NCBI GenBank assembly: GCA_011052015.1
Contig: DRJZ01000142.1
Location: forward strand, 1 to 53,415
DNA: 53,415 bases
Direction of reading: 5' to 3'
Origin: Acidiferrobacteraceae bacterium
GTDB taxonomy: Bacteria; Pseudomonadota; Gammaproteobacteria; HyVt-429
Each line of letters begins with the position of its first letter. The first letter of the stretch is position 1. Below the pieces are notes generated by a model. That model ran no database searches and had not been told where the DNA came from. It worked only from the letters and a program-made list of their open reading frames with translations. The position numbers and the translations under genes are program-made. Below, one piece after another: positions 20,359 through 30,035 of the stretch.

Positions 20359-21105
20359 TTACCGATCCAACAACCATTGTTCGATCTGTTTCAGTTCGGC
20401 TTGGGTGTTCACGCCGATCGACTCCAGGTAATGAGTGCCCGGAAGACTCTGAACCACCCCGTGCCTCTGCATCCAGACAGTAAAGGGCAGGAAATTCCTT
20501 TCTTTTGTCTCATCCCCCAACCCCGTTTCCCTACTGAAACATGGCAACAGGTCGAAGTAGGCGCTGTCTGATAGCACGAACAGACCCATGTCGTTCTCAC
20601 CAATCTGTGGCATGGTATCGCCTTCCCGTTGTTGCGCGATACCGGTAATGACCCCGCTCTTGTCCCGCTGAAAATGGATGTAAGGATGTTCGCGTTGGAT
20701 GGTCGGAAATACCAACCGCGCACCAGCAGCATTGTTGGTCGCCTGCGCGAGTTTGTGTACGGTCTGTGAGCAGACCGCGATCTGATCACACCATGTGATC
20801 CATATCTGCGCTGGCCTCAGTTCAGACAGTTCTTCCGTGGGTATCAAGATCGCGTCCAACATTCCCGTCGGCTCTTGTTGGAGCGCGACCCGTGTGGATA
20901 CAGATACGGTGCCTAAGAATCGACGAACCTCCTCCTCCGCACCTGGGCTTACCACAACAACGAACAGATCAACCACCGGGGCGTATAACTCAAACAGATA
21001 ATCCAGCATTGGTTGGCCATTGACCCTGACCAAGACCTTGGGCGCGGAGGCTCCGAGCCTGGAACCGGTTCCTGCGGCGGGGATGATCATGATCCGTTTC
21101 ATCAT
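20359..21105 (-). CDS. Stand-alone nucleotidyltransferase resembling the GlmU N-terminal domain
   Basis: PAAGTGSRLG..PKVL, QQEPTGMLDA, WCDQ, GVNT..EL; no beta-helix acetyltransferase domain. Confidence 0.78.
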   Translation of the reverse strand: MMKRIMIIPAAGTGSRLGASAPKVLVRVNGQPMLDYLFELYAPVVDLFVVVVSPGAEEEVRRFLGTVSVSTRVALQQEPTGMLDAILIPTEELSELRPAQIWITWCDQIAVCSQTVHKLAQATNNAAGARLVFPTIQREHPYIHFQRDKSGVITGIAQQREGDTMPQIGENDMGLFVLSDSAYFDLLPCFSRETGLGDETKERNFLPFTVWMQRHGVVQSLPGTHYLESIGVNTQAELKQIEQWLLDR

Positions 21106-21764
21106 AAAGCCATCTGGAGTGTGCTCAAGAGTTCTGAAAGATCAGCGTAGGAAGCTAGGAAAGCCGGATTGTTGGATTCGATTCTGGTTCGTACTGACAC
21201 AACCGGCAAACCCGCAGAGATTGCCGCCTCAATCCCGGAGTAGCTATCCTCAACAACCAGACACATATCCGGTGCTATGTTTTGTCTCTCCACTATGGCT
21301 CGGTAGATATCCGGCGCCGGTTTTCCTCGGTTGACGTCCTTTGCGGTGAGCACGATGCTAAAGTGGTCTCGTATCTGGTATCGGTCCAAAATATAAAATG
21401 CAGTCTCAGGCGATGCTGCGGTTCCTAAGGCAAGTTTGACATCATGAGCCGACAGCCGTTCAAGACTCTCAAGAGTATCTGGAAAACAAATATCGGTCGA
21501 TTCGATCAAGTCTCTCGCCCTGTTTTGTTTGAATCGTACCCATTTCCTGACATCGCTCTCATCGGGATTTAGCACAGCAGTGGCTTCTTGCACCACCTCC
21601 GATGTCTTGCGCCCGGCAATATTCGGGTAGTCTGGTCCAGTCAGTTCCAGCCTATTCCACAGTTCCCGATACGCCTGTGCGTGGCAGGCAGATGTTGAGA
21701 CCAGGACACCATCCATATCAAAGATCAGCAAGCTGATGGGCTTTCTGGCAAGGATGACGGTCAT
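21102..21764 (-). CDS. HAD-superfamily phosphatase (beta-PGM/CbbY-like)
   Basis: FDMDGVLV motif I, GKPAPDIY, VEDS..GI; 4-bp overlaps with both neighbours. Confidence 0.88.
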   Translation of the reverse strand: MTVILARKPISLLIFDMDGVLVSTSACHAQAYRELWNRLELTGPDYPNIAGRKTSEVVQEATAVLNPDESDVRKWVRFKQNRARDLIESTDICFPDTLESLERLSAHDVKLALGTAASPETAFYILDRYQIRDHFSIVLTAKDVNRGKPAPDIYRAIVERQNIAPDMCLVVEDSYSGIEAAISAGLPVVSVRTRIESNNPAFLASYADLSELLSTLQMAL

Positions 21765-23731
21765 CGGCTACGAAAACGCCATTTTATAACTTCCAGGATG
21801 CATGCTATGCCATCACCGGTTGTGGTCCGGTTGGCCTTATCAGGGGAGAGAGGAAGAAATTTCACAGGGGTCTCAAAGATCTCACCTTGATCACGTAACA
21901 CGCGTGACAACAAGTTTTGGTTCAGACGCTTATCGTCAATATGCACTGAGTCATCTTCAAGATATTGAACACGAACTGCCCGGACCCCAGATAGGGTGTC
22001 TGAGATATACCGGCCAAACAAGAACAAATATGTCAAACTCAACAAGTAACTGCCGATGTAACTGATTGCACCCAGCATTCTGCTACGCCGGTAACGTAGA
22101 CCATAGGATTCGCGAATATCACGCACAGAAAGACGCCGACTCCCCCACACGACATCCAATCTTCCCCCTGCAAGTAATGAGGCGAGGTTCACGATATCCT
22201 CGCCCCGGTACATCCCCGAGGACTCGAACAGAATCGCGAAATCGTGCCCCCCTGATCGGATTGCGCTCAGAAACAGATCATCGGTGTCCCGATCCTGTTG
22301 CCAAAGGTTGCGCAACCGGAATGGAATCGCCTTGGAAATCTCAGCATTCAGATTGTTGGGGCTACGAAAGTAAAAAGTCGGCTCAATGGTGATTTGATCC
22401 AGACCAGCTCTGGATGACTCAAGAACGGTCTGCGAGACCTTGTCCAGAGATTGAGTATCAAGCAGGACGATGGCGACGGAAGTTTTCTTGTCTTTTTCGA
22501 TAAAGGATTCAATGAACGGAGCGAGCACCTTTTTTGCATTGTGTCTACCCGTATCACCCTCCTCAAAGTTTGCAATGCGGACAAGTCGTGGATCCTCAAT
22601 ATTTTTTAACCGACCCAATGGTACGTAAGGTACGCCTTGTTCTGTGCGATTCGGGTCATTTAGCAGATAATGTGTGATGAGAAACGGAGCCGGTATACTG
22701 CGCGAATTACGCTCACGCAGATAGTAGAGTGCGCGTTTGATAATCTCGATGGCACTAACGTCAGGAATTTCCGCGTCTTCCTGGATATTGGTCACCAAGA
22801 TCTTGACCGCCCGAAGGTTATTGGCGATATGTTGGCCAAGCCCCAGGGTCATATAAGATGGAAACAGACTGGAATGTTGGGTGCCTGGTGAGTAGACAAT
22901 CACATCTGCCTGCTCCAGGCGCTGCAGAAGATCTGGGTTTGGCGCTACCGACACGGACCTGGCAGCAAGGATCTGGTGCCAGTCAGTTTTGGCTTCGACG
23001 TCTTTGATCCACTCACTTGGCGCCTGATTAACTAAAAACAATTCTTCAATGTAATTTCGCCGGTTCGCATCAACGATATCTGCTTCGCTGGCTAACAGGC
23101 ACTTATTACTGTCTATGGCCACCAGGAACGCATTGCTCCCGTCGGTAACATTGACGGCGGTTTGGGCCGGAACACTCATTAAGGCACAGTAGTCGTCTAT
23201 AGCGCGATTGAAATCGCGCCCTGCCTCCAGATAGTATCCTGCAAACACCAAATTCCCAATACTGCAATCTGAAAAATCAAACGGGAACTTTGTGCGGCCC
23301 AATTCTTTCTGGAAGCTATCAAGTCGAGCAACTAACGTAGTACGCGGGTCCGGCTCGAGCTCACTTAGTAAGCGCACAAGTTCGTTATTAAAACCAGGCT
23401 CGGAACTCGATGGGATCTTGTCTCCGCTTATAATCCCAAAGCTGACCAGGGCCTCGGCTTGCCCATAGCCGAGGGGAAAGCGAAGATCCAGTAAATCAAT
23501 CAGCGACGCGCTACAAGAACCCAGTTCACGCGCAATGGTAGAGGCGTTCTTCCGAAAATCCGATGGCCCCAGGCTATCTCCCAGAAATCGCCGTACCTCT
23601 CCAGTGGACAATCCATCGTCATACCCGTTAATTGCCAGGGTCAGCTGTACGTGCGGGTTGCCAACCAGTTGTTTTGAAAGTGCCTGAGACCCACGCCCTC
23701 CTGAAAATATTATGACTTTAACTTGTTTCAT
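21761..23731 (-). CDS. CofD/YvcK (UPF0052) family protein fused to a C-terminal GT2-like domain
   Basis: Start re-called at ATG 23731; FSGGRGS, YDDGLSTG, GPSDFRKN, GNLVFAG, SPGTQHSSLFPSY; C-terminal VVWGSRR...ISDTLSGVRA DPM1-like region. Confidence 0.75.
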   Translation of the reverse strand: MKQVKVIIFSGGRGSQALSKQLVGNPHVQLTLAINGYDDGLSTGEVRRFLGDSLGPSDFRKNASTIARELGSCSASLIDLLDLRFPLGYGQAEALVSFGIISGDKIPSSSEPGFNNELVRLLSELEPDPRTTLVARLDSFQKELGRTKFPFDFSDCSIGNLVFAGYYLEAGRDFNRAIDDYCALMSVPAQTAVNVTDGSNAFLVAIDSNKCLLASEADIVDANRRNYIEELFLVNQAPSEWIKDVEAKTDWHQILAARSVSVAPNPDLLQRLEQADVIVYSPGTQHSSLFPSYMTLGLGQHIANNLRAVKILVTNIQEDAEIPDVSAIEIIKRALYYLRERNSRSIPAPFLITHYLLNDPNRTEQGVPYVPLGRLKNIEDPRLVRIANFEEGDTGRHNAKKVLAPFIESFIEKDKKTSVAIVLLDTQSLDKVSQTVLESSRAGLDQITIEPTFYFRSPNNLNAEISKAIPFRLRNLWQQDRDTDDLFLSAIRSGGHDFAILFESSGMYRGEDIVNLASLLAGGRLDVVWGSRRLSVRDIRESYGLRYRRSRMLGAISYIGSYLLSLTYLFLFGRYISDTLSGVRAVRVQYLEDDSVHIDDKRLNQNLLSRVLRDQGEIFETPVKFLPLSPDKANRTTTGDGIACILEVIKWRFRSR

Positions 23732-23828
23732 TGTTACGGCTTGATCGATCTGAAATCCGGTCTGTACAGTATTCTGATTGTTGTTTAATAATAAAATGGA
23801 GATGGAAACAATAACAGCCAAATTTGTT

Positions 23829-25868
23829 TCAACAAACTGTCGTGCCTTTACACGGGGTGCCAAATTCTAATTGACTCATTTTCCACAGCTTTCCCTTTCT
23901 CGGGATGACAATCTCTACTTTTATTGCATTGATCCGGATAGGGTCAAACCAAAAAGTCTGATGCATGCCGCCGTAGACCGGATGTTTTTCCTTGAACCGG
24001 GTCCTATCGAAATGATGCATTATATTGTCCGCAACAACAATCCAGGAGCCACCTCTTCGGCCTAATATTTTGATTGACTTGGCGGTCTCATCGGGGAGAT
24101 GTGGATAGATAAAGGGATAAACTAAGGTTACTCGCTGAACTGTACGTTGGGTATTAAACTTCGCCTGTAACCACATGCCCATCTTCTGTTCAGAATTACT
24201 GCTCCAGGAGCTACGCTCATTGTTGTCACTGAGATATTCTAACCCCGACCCTTGAGTGCTGCTATTTAGCAAATAAGCCTGACTGACGATCTTGGTGTCT
24301 ACATCGGCCTGTTTGTGATGGAAGTCTTCATAAATGTAGAATGGCCCTACATTCCACTTTGAATAAGAAATATTCTGTTCCTTCATGTGTCGCTCAAATG
24401 CAATGATTGGCAATCTTGTGTCATAACCGTGGGTAAGGATATAGCGGGCACCCGGTGATTTGTCGACAGTATCCTTATATGGGATTGGCCATCCGAGAAA
24501 GCGCTCGTTATAGGGTGGTGCGCATATGATTTCTTCATCCGTGCGAAAAATAATACGATACCCTAACCAGAATGAGGCATAACAACGGTCAATGCCTTTT
24601 TTCTTCAGCTCTTCTATCAAAGGAATAATTCCGGGAGTTTTCGCGATCTGACCGGCGAACTGTGGTGTACGCCAAGCACGTGTTACTTCTACAGAGGTTA
24701 CGAAGTTGAACAGCCCCAGACCCACAGCAATTGCACCCACTACGCAGCGCAATTTTTTCCCGGTAATTGAAAATGTATAGCCAAGCAAAAAGGGAAAGAA
24801 GATTACCGGTACCACCAGATATCTATACGACTCCGAGCTCGCACGCTCGCTAAAGGCATACAGGACAATGGCGATGAGACTGGAGGCCAGAAAGTAATCT
24901 TGGATGTCGAGGTAAGGCCAGTGACCTTGTTTAACATGGCGAATAAACAGGACCAATCTGTGGAAAAATACAGCAAGGATCAGAGATGAATAGATGACCG
25001 CAAACACATCCCTAAATAGGGGTATTTGATTCAGGTGGGTAGAAAAATCGGGAAACAGGGTCGGATTAACACCCATTGCTCCAGGTAATGTCTGGCTGAG
25101 GGCGGGGTCCCACAGGCGGTGGATCACTTCAAGGATTGGCCGGGTCTTTGAGACTGCCTCGTGTGCGTGAGGATGGTGTACAATAGAAAGTATAAAAGGT
25201 GCGAGGCCGATCAACGCCCCAAACAGAAATCTGCCAGCCCCCTTTGCGGCATCCACCAGGTTCTTGCCCAGTAGTATCAATATAAAGGCGGGAAATATGT
25301 AGGAGATCGTCAGCATGTGCGTGCTAAATGCGATCCCGCTTACGATCCCGATAAGCAGGAATAGAAGATATCGTCGCGAGGAATTGAAGGACATTGCCAA
25401 CAGATAGGGCGTTATCCAGGCAAAAGTAATGCTGGCCGCATAATTTGGTGGCACATATCCCGATTGAAGGATCAACAAGTAGGCAGATGGGAAAAGGACC
25501 AAGAGAAACGTTGGCCATTGGCTGTCTTTGGGCAGGACTTTTTTAGTGAGATAAAAAAATCCGACAAGGGACAGCAAACCAAGAGACATGGTCAGATAGC
25601 GGGCCCCGATAGTATTTCTGGGCATCCACTCCACCAAGGGTGCCATGAAATAGCCCTCAATAGGGAACAGATAGGGTGTTCCGCTGATCAATAGCGGCCA
25701 CTCCCCTTTGATCACCTGCTTGGCAATCAGAACGATCAGGGCCTCATCTCCGGTAACAGGCAGGTGGGTGATGCTGGTCCAGATAAAGAACGCACGTAGC
25801 CCCAATGCCACTAGCAAGACTGCCCCAAAGGCCAGGATTACAGATCGCTTTTCGATTGAAAAATTCAT
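23829..25868 (-). CDS. ArnT/PMT-like GT-C membrane glycosyltransferase with C-terminal discoidin/CBM-like domain
   Basis: First TM followed by GDEA, about 11 TM segments, YRYL motif, C-terminal D....W.S....Q..GMWLQ beta-sandwich pattern. Confidence 0.7.
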   Translation of the reverse strand: MNFSIEKRSVILAFGAVLLVALGLRAFFIWTSITHLPVTGDEALIVLIAKQVIKGEWPLLISGTPYLFPIEGYFMAPLVEWMPRNTIGARYLTMSLGLLSLVGFFYLTKKVLPKDSQWPTFLLVLFPSAYLLILQSGYVPPNYAASITFAWITPYLLAMSFNSSRRYLLFLLIGIVSGIAFSTHMLTISYIFPAFILILLGKNLVDAAKGAGRFLFGALIGLAPFILSIVHHPHAHEAVSKTRPILEVIHRLWDPALSQTLPGAMGVNPTLFPDFSTHLNQIPLFRDVFAVIYSSLILAVFFHRLVLFIRHVKQGHWPYLDIQDYFLASSLIAIVLYAFSERASSESYRYLVVPVIFFPFLLGYTFSITGKKLRCVVGAIAVGLGLFNFVTSVEVTRAWRTPQFAGQIAKTPGIIPLIEELKKKGIDRCYASFWLGYRIIFRTDEEIICAPPYNERFLGWPIPYKDTVDKSPGARYILTHGYDTRLPIIAFERHMKEQNISYSKWNVGPFYIYEDFHHKQADVDTKIVSQAYLLNSSTQGSGLEYLSDNNERSSWSSNSEQKMGMWLQAKFNTQRTVQRVTLVYPFIYPHLPDETAKSIKILGRRGGSWIVVADNIMHHFDRTRFKEKHPVYGGMHQTFWFDPIRINAIKVEIVIPRKGKLWKMSQLEFGTPCKGTTVC

Positions 25869-25889
25869 TAAATCAGGAGGGCCAGCAGA

Positions 25890-26627
25890 TCAGGATAGTC
25901 TACGGAACCTGAATCTGAGGAAGGTAATCAAGGCAATAAAAAAGTCCGTGGTCTTTATTTTTTTCCCGTCTTCTACGCTTCTAGGGTAGTAGTGGATCGG
26001 CACCTCTTTGATATTGATGTTGCTTCTGATCAAGAACGCTGTCAATTCATGGTCTGTCTCAAATCCACTGGTCACGATATTATATGAGCGAACCAGTTTA
26101 CCAGGATAAAGCTTATAGGCCGTTAAGGTGTCGGTGATCCATTTACCAAACAGCATAAAAGCAAAGACCGTAAGCAAACGGTTGGCAAGCCAGTTGACGA
26201 ACTTCTGGTCTTTGTGTTTGCTCTTGATGCGCTTTCCTTCCGGAGAGAATACAATCTGCCCTAGCAGGCGGCTGCCATAAATAGATATATGTTCGGGGTC
26301 ATGGTTCGCCTCCTCAATCATGGGAATGTAGTCGTTTGGCTCGTACTCAAGGTCTGCATCTTGCACCAGCACCCAGTCACCTGTTGAGGCCGATATTCCC
26401 CGCTTCACAGCTGAGCCTTTACCATGGTTTTCCGGCTGCAGGTAATAGGACACATTCTTGTGTTGTTTGACTATCTCACCGGTTCGATCGCTGGAACAAT
26501 CGTCAACGACAATCACTTCCTTATTCACTCCGATGGATTGCAGTTCGACCTGATCGATTTTCTCCAACAAAGCTCCAATAGAGGCTTCCTCGTTATAGGC
26601 AGGAATGACTATAGAAAGTGTTCTCAT
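25890..26627 (-). CDS. GT2 glycosyltransferase (DPM1-like)
   Basis: LSIVIPAYNEE, VDDCSSDRT, NHGKG, QDADLEY, GSR, EVPIHY.PR. Confidence 0.92.
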   Translation of the reverse strand: MRTLSIVIPAYNEEASIGALLEKIDQVELQSIGVNKEVIVVDDCSSDRTGEIVKQHKNVSYYLQPENHGKGSAVKRGISASTGDWVLVQDADLEYEPNDYIPMIEEANHDPEHISIYGSRLLGQIVFSPEGKRIKSKHKDQKFVNWLANRLLTVFAFMLFGKWITDTLTAYKLYPGKLVRSYNIVTSGFETDHELTAFLIRSNINIKEVPIHYYPRSVEDGKKIKTTDFFIALITFLRFRFRRLS

Positions 26628-26646
26628 GGTGTTTTTCTGCTCAATT

Positions 26647-28551
26647 TTATTTAGCTGCCGCCAAGCTGTTCGTGATTAATGCGTTGATCCGTTTGACATA
26701 GGCAGCTGGCGCTTTTAATGCCGCCCCCTCGGCCAGGGCCGCTTGGTCAAATAGGACCTGGGCCCAATCGTCTAGCTGTTTGTTGTCGCCACTGATTCGT
26801 TTTATCAAAACATGATCCGGATTGATTTCCAGAATTGGCTTGTGTTCGGGTAAGTCTTGTCCTATAGACTTAAGGATACGCTCCAGATTGCCCCCCATGT
26901 CCTGTTCATCGGCAACCAGACAAGCCGGTGAATCGGTGAGGCGATCTGTCAGGCGTACTTCTTTGACGCTATCTTTCAAGGCGCCTTTGATTTGTTTGAT
27001 AAAGTCAGAAAACTCCTTTTCCTGGGTTTTGGTGTCGGCTTTATTCTCGGAGTCGTCCAGGTTTTTAAGATCCAATGCACCTTTGGCGATCGATTTGAGT
27101 GGTTTACCCTCATATTCGGTGAGATGGGTCACGACCCACTCGTCGATGGTGTCGCTCAATAACAGGACCTCAATGTTCTTTTTTCGGAAAATCTCCAAGT
27201 GGGGTGATTGTGATGCGGCGGTGTGGCTGTCCGCTGTGAGGTAGTAAATGGCATCCTGCTTGAACGGCATGCGACCCATGTAGTCTTTTAGAGACTGGAT
27301 TTGTTCGTCAGATTCGCTGAGGGTGGTGGCAAATCGGAGAAGATCGGCAAGTTGTTGTTGGTTGTCCATGTCTTCGGCAATACCCTCTTTCAGGGCGCGG
27401 CCAAATTCTTTCCAGAAGATCTTGTATTTGTCCGGTTCTTTTTCGGCAAGGGTCTTGAGTTGAACCAATATTTTCTTCACCGAGGCATTGCGGATCTTGT
27501 CGATATCCTTGTTGTGCTGGAGGAACTCCCTCGACACATTCAAGGGCAGATCCATGGAATCCACGATCCCACGGACGAACCGCAAATAGTTGGGCATCAA
27601 GTGCTTGCTGTCATCCATAATGAAGATGCGACGCACATAGAGTTTTAGCCCGGATTGGCGTTCGCGATCCCATAGGTCAAAAGGCGCGTGACTGGGAATG
27701 AAAAGTAATGAGGTGTATTCCTGTTTGCCCTCAACCCGGTTGTGAATATGGGTAAGGGGTTTTTCGTGATCAAAGGTCAGGTTAGAGTAAAAACTATTAT
27801 ATTCATCTTCGCTGATCTCCTGCTTGGGTCGCGCCCACAGCGCCGATCCGCTGTTGATGGTCTCCCATTCAGGCTGCCCATCGTCTTTTCTATCGCCGTC
27901 GATCTCCTTGGGCATTTGGATAGGCAGGGAAATGTGATCTGAATACTTGGCGATGATGCCGCGCAGACGTATGGGCTCCAGGTATTCATCCTCACCCTCA
28001 CGGATATGCAGTGTGACCTCGGTCCCGCTTTGGGGCCGGTCCAGGGTTTGGACGGTGTATTCACCCTGTCCACTGGATTCCCAAAGCACCCCTTGATCGG
28101 CTTGGTCACCGGCACGGCGGGTGGTCAGGGTGACCTTGTTGGCCACCATAAATGCGGAATAAAAACCAACCCCAAACTGACCGATGAGGTTGGCGTCTTT
28201 GCTATCGTCGCCGGTGAGGGCCTTGACGAATTGCTTGGTCCCGGAGCGGGCGATGGTGCCGATGTGTTCGATGACCTCTTCCCGGCTCATGCCGATGCCA
28301 TTGTCGATGATCGACAGGGTGCGGGCGTCTTTGTCTACAGTCACCTGGACGCCCAACGTGTCGTCTTCAGACAGCAGGCTATTGTCAGTCAGGGCTTCAA
28401 ACCTCAGGCGGTCACAGGCATCCGAGGCATTGGAAATGAGCTCGCGGAGAAATATCTCCTTGTGGCCATACAGGGAATGGATCATGAGGTGCAGTAATTG
28501 CTGCACCTCGGTTTGGAAACCTAGGGTCTCAGATTGTGGGGTGTCTGTCAT
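26647..28551 (-). CDS. htpG: Chaperone HtpG (Hsp90)
   Basis: Start re-called at ATG 28551 after GGAG; FLRELISNASDA, DNGIGM, IGQFGVGFYS, DLPLNVSRE. Confidence 0.97.
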   Translation of the reverse strand: MTDTPQSETLGFQTEVQQLLHLMIHSLYGHKEIFLRELISNASDACDRLRFEALTDNSLLSEDDTLGVQVTVDKDARTLSIIDNGIGMSREEVIEHIGTIARSGTKQFVKALTGDDSKDANLIGQFGVGFYSAFMVANKVTLTTRRAGDQADQGVLWESSGQGEYTVQTLDRPQSGTEVTLHIREGEDEYLEPIRLRGIIAKYSDHISLPIQMPKEIDGDRKDDGQPEWETINSGSALWARPKQEISEDEYNSFYSNLTFDHEKPLTHIHNRVEGKQEYTSLLFIPSHAPFDLWDRERQSGLKLYVRRIFIMDDSKHLMPNYLRFVRGIVDSMDLPLNVSREFLQHNKDIDKIRNASVKKILVQLKTLAEKEPDKYKIFWKEFGRALKEGIAEDMDNQQQLADLLRFATTLSESDEQIQSLKDYMGRMPFKQDAIYYLTADSHTAASQSPHLEIFRKKNIEVLLLSDTIDEWVVTHLTEYEGKPLKSIAKGALDLKNLDDSENKADTKTQEKEFSDFIKQIKGALKDSVKEVRLTDRLTDSPACLVADEQDMGGNLERILKSIGQDLPEHKPILEINPDHVLIKRISGDNKQLDDWAQVLFDQAALAEGAALKAPAAYVKRINALITNSLAAAK

Positions 28552-28614
28552 TGCTAAAGTGCTCCTGTGTCTCGGGCCATAGTTATGGGACATAACTCTA
28601 TAGAATGTCCAGTA

Positions 28615-28642
28615 AGATAGGTCTGCATGGGCCAAAATCAAG
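28615..28642 (-). promoter_or_regulatory. Putative sigma32 promoter of htpG
   Basis: Minus strand CTTGAT-N14-ACCTATCT. Confidence 0.55.
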
Positions 28643-28761
28643 TCCCGGCTGAATTCATGAGGGTTGTGCCTCCAAGGTTTTCGTTTCCCTTAGTAATACC
28701 CCGTTTGCTTGTGGCGGGGCTATTTAATTTTATGGGAGTTCTGATCTGATTGAGGCTTTCC

Positions 28762-29610
28762 TTAAGGGTTGCGTGCGGCCTGTAGGGTGTTCTGCATGAG
28801 GGTGATGACGGTCATGGGCCCCACTCCACCGGGGACTGGGGTGATCCAGGCGGCTCGATGCCGGGCGGTATCAAATTCCACGTCGCCCACCAGACGCCCA
28901 CCGTCAGCGCGATTGGTGCCTACGTCGATAACCACGGCCCCGGGTTTGATCCATTCACCCTTGATCAAACCTGCCTTGCCTACGGCTACCACCAGGATGT
29001 CGGCCTGCTCGACCTGTTGAGGCAGATTCTGGGTCCGGCTGTGGCAGATCGTGACGGTGCAACGGGCCTGTAGTAGCTCCAGGGCCATGGGGCGGCCCAC
29101 CAAATTCGAGGCGCCGACTACCACGGCGTGGGCGCCGACGAGGGCAATATCAATGCTCTCTAAGAGAGTCATCACCCCTCGGGGGGTGCAAGGTCGTAAT
29201 AGGGGAGATTGTGCCGCCAGGCGGCCCAGGTTGTAGGGGTGAAGCCCATCCACATCTTTACTGGGGTCGATATGCTCGGTGACCTGTTCTTCATTGATGG
29301 CACCGGGTAAGGGTAGCTGTACCAGAATACCGTCAATTTTTGGGTCTTGGTTGAGTTGGTCGATAAGACCGATCAATTCCTGCTGATCCAACTGGGCGGG
29401 AAACCGGTGCAGGGATGAGCTTATCCCTACCTGTTCGCACATCTTTATTTTTTTACTAACATACACTTGAGACGCCGGGTCATCACCCACAATCACCACA
29501 GCAAGCCCCGGGGCGCGATGGCCATCTGTGACCCATTGAAGAACCTCGCTCTTGATGCTATCGGCGAGATGGGCGGCGAGTCTTTTGCCGTCTATGATCT
29601 TGGCGCTCAT
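28762..29610 (-). CDS. folD: Bifunctional methylenetetrahydrofolate dehydrogenase/cyclohydrolase
   Basis: [33 protein letters not shown]. Confidence 0.97.
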   Translation of the reverse strand: MSAKIIDGKRLAAHLADSIKSEVLQWVTDGHRAPGLAVVIVGDDPASQVYVSKKIKMCEQVGISSSLHRFPAQLDQQELIGLIDQLNQDPKIDGILVQLPLPGAINEEQVTEHIDPSKDVDGLHPYNLGRLAAQSPLLRPCTPRGVMTLLESIDIALVGAHAVVVGASNLVGRPMALELLQARCTVTICHSRTQNLPQQVEQADILVVAVGKAGLIKGEWIKPGAVVIDVGTNRADGGRLVGDVEFDTARHRAAWITPVPGGVGPMTVITLMQNTLQAARNP

Positions 29611-29694
29611 GGGGCTTATCCGGCAGGGTGGCAGGCGGCGAATGATCGCATGAGTGGGTACGCTAAACCAAGTAATAGAGCAGGTTTGGGTGCG

Positions 29695-29730
29695 TTGACG
29701 CCAAATAGGCCAGGGCGTATAGTCGCCGAC
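29695..29730 (+). promoter_or_regulatory. Sigma70 promoter with GC-rich discriminator for the tRNA operon
   Basis: TTGACG-N17-TATAGT followed by CGCCGAC. Confidence 0.75.
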
Positions 29731-29783
29731 CGCGTTTGTGGACCAAAATTAAGGCTCCCAAATTAAATCTCGAAGCCCGTACT

Positions 29784-29819
29784 TTAATTTGGCAGCGAAA
29801 GCTATAATGGTATGCTAAG
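29784..29819 (+). repeat. Copy of the group I intron 3' end plus the first bases of tRNA-Arg exon 2
   Basis: TTAATTTGGCAGCGAAAGCTATAATGGTATG|CTAAG matches 30429-30464 at 34 of 36 positions. Confidence 0.9.
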
Positions 29820-29868
29820 TGTGTAGGTGTGGGCCGGTCCAGAAGCAAGGCCGGGGGCTACATATTAT

Positions 29869-29945
<77 letters not shown>

Positions 29946-29951
29946 GAATAT

Positions 29952-30025
29952 AGCTACGAGATTCGAGCCACGAGCCACGAGCACCTGTAATAGTGTTCGT
30001 TCCTCAAAGCTCGCAGTTCGTAGCT
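29952..30025. repeat. Heptamer-repeat hairpin in tRNA spacer
   Basis: Tandem CGAGNNN units (ACGAGATTCGAGCCACGAGCCACGAG) and complementary CTCG/TTCG units; related units at 30512-30536, 30636-30660, 32665-32726. Confidence 0.6.
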
Positions 30026-30035
30026 TTAGTAATGC

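Noticed and set aside
21761-23731. F420 biosynthesis gene cofD
   Set aside because: Motifs are closer to YvcK, the protein is fused to a GT2-like domain, and no cofC/E/G/H genes are in the window
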